A DNA stretch of 64,000 nucleotides from Geosiphon pyriformis uo1 (lineage: Eukaryota > Fungi > Glomeromycota). The notes beneath the pieces were generated by a model that did not search any database, had not been told where the DNA came from, and saw only the letters and a list, made by a program, of their open reading frames with translations. The position numbers and the translations under genes were made by a program. Shown here piece by piece: positions 62,700-64,000 of this stretch. The stretch's first letter is position 1, and each line of letters opens with the position of its first letter. Location of the stretch: positions 5,061 through 69,060 of the forward strand of contig JAAOMT010000481.1 in the NCBI GenBank assembly GCA_016748015.1, written 5' to 3'.

Positions 62700-64000
62700 A
62701 TTTTTTGGTCATGATAAAAGAATAAAGTTGTCAAAAAAATAGCTTTTCTTATTTTTTTTTTTGGTTTTTAGTTATTTCTTTTAATACATCTATTTTTGTT
62801 GCTATAAAACCAGTAAGCTTTTCTGCTGGTGGTTCTAGTTCTGGTTCAGCTAGGTTAAAGACCCAGTTTGGCACTAAAAAAAAAGCATATATTAAAAATA
62901 TTTACTTTTGTAGTCTCTTATATAAGAAGCCAAAAAATCTAATATTTTTAATAATATGGTGGAATTATTAACTGGCCTTTTATCTGTTGACATATTGTAA
63001 ACTAATAAAAATAGACACAAGAAATCTTGAAGTAATAAGGTAAATAGCAAGGAAGCCAGTATTAGTAAAGTATTAGATATTTAAAACATAAAAAACACAA
63101 TTGTAGAAAAAATAAATTATGTGAATTCTAATACTTTTGAAATGAATAACATAATAAACAATACAACTCTAAAGAAAATATGAATAAAAATGTATGTTTT
63201 AAAGTAACTGTTGGGTCTTTCTTTAAAGTTTTAAGTAACAATAATAATATCAAATTGGTGTTTCTAATGTCTAGGTTTGTTGGTTTCAAAAAATTGCTAT
63301 TAGTTGAGTCACAAAGTAAAAAGATTAAGAATTTTGGTTTGATAAAGTTTTTTGTTCTGGATTTTAAACTTTTTGTAATGCTTAACAAAACTTCTGAAAA
63401 TAAGCTTTTGTTTATTAAAAAAAATTTATATCATGTCAATAGTTTTGAGGGCATAAACTTTCTTAAAATTTTCAATTATCATTAGATTAATTTTTACTTC
63501 CAAACTAAGCTTAAACAAAGCTAAGGAATTGGCTATTAATGAAAAAATTTTAGTAAATAATAATATTAAAAGAACAAACAGTCACACAAATCGGACAATA
63601 ATTGTCAAAAAAATTCCAGTAAATTTTTTTAAATTGGCAATAAAATTAGTTTTCTTTAAATTTAGTAAGATAATTATAATCAAAATGCAACTAATTGGTC
63701 TTTAGCAAAAAGTCTTAGTAAAATATCAGTTTTTATGAAAAAAAATTCTGTGCATATAATATTGGCTGTCAATAATAAACAATCTTAAGTATCTAGAAAC
63801 TTTTATTGGGCTTTGTTATATACTTTGCCTGTTGGTACTACTGTTTATAATTTTTCTGATTTATTGAGATTATATAGTAAAAAAACATGTTTTATTAGTT
63901 ACAATCTAAATTTATATGTGTATAATAGATATGTTATTATTTGTTTTGCTGATGAAACATCCAAAAAGACTGCTATTAGTTCTACTCTGATTTTTAAAAA
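62700..64000 (+). mobile_element. LINE ORF1 relic of a second subfamily (runs off the window end)
   Basis: IVKKIPVNFFKLAIKLVFFKFSKIIIIKMQLIGL*QKVLV and WALLYTLPVGTTVYNFSDLL..YSKKTCFI...YVIICFADE parallel the two RRM-like segments of the 37150-39330 ORF1. There are stops and frameshifts. Confidence 0.7.

Overview
This is eukaryotic, very AT-rich, intron-containing fungal DNA. The gene families present (BTB-BACK-TLDc, tyrosine-kinase-like kinases, a class 3 lipase relic, an RRM/zinc-knuckle LINE ORF1 family) point to Glomeromycotina, and possibly a Geosiphon-like genome (inference only). Four apparently intact protein genes sit among transposon relics. (1) A 3-exon secreted HExxH metalloprotease-like gene (11742-13345, -). 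(2) A 5-exon Rho3-like small GTPase (17926-19078, +) with an intact frame, intact splice sites and a CaaX box, but a degenerate P-loop and switch I, so it is a candidate pseudo-GTPase. (3, 4) Two GC-richer paralogues of a Crinkler/RHS-type P-loop NTPase plus PD-(D/E)xK-like nuclease protein, carried on an ~11 kb direct segmental duplication (~23196-33891 and ~50900-62663). Copy B has a reconstructable upstream exon (54948-55047). Copy A has lost its promoter and exon 1 to a Gypsy junction, but has an ATG in a gccATGg context exactly where copy B has GTG. The remainder is pseudogenes (BTB-TLDc, TKL kinases, ankyrin, lipase) and TEs (hAT, Tc1, pogo, Gypsy, LINE ORF1, MITEs, 133-bp and ~300-bp tandem arrays) at different stages of strongly directional C>T/G>A decay. 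No rRNA, tRNA or CRISPR array was recognised. All alignments were done by eye, and relic boundaries are approximate.
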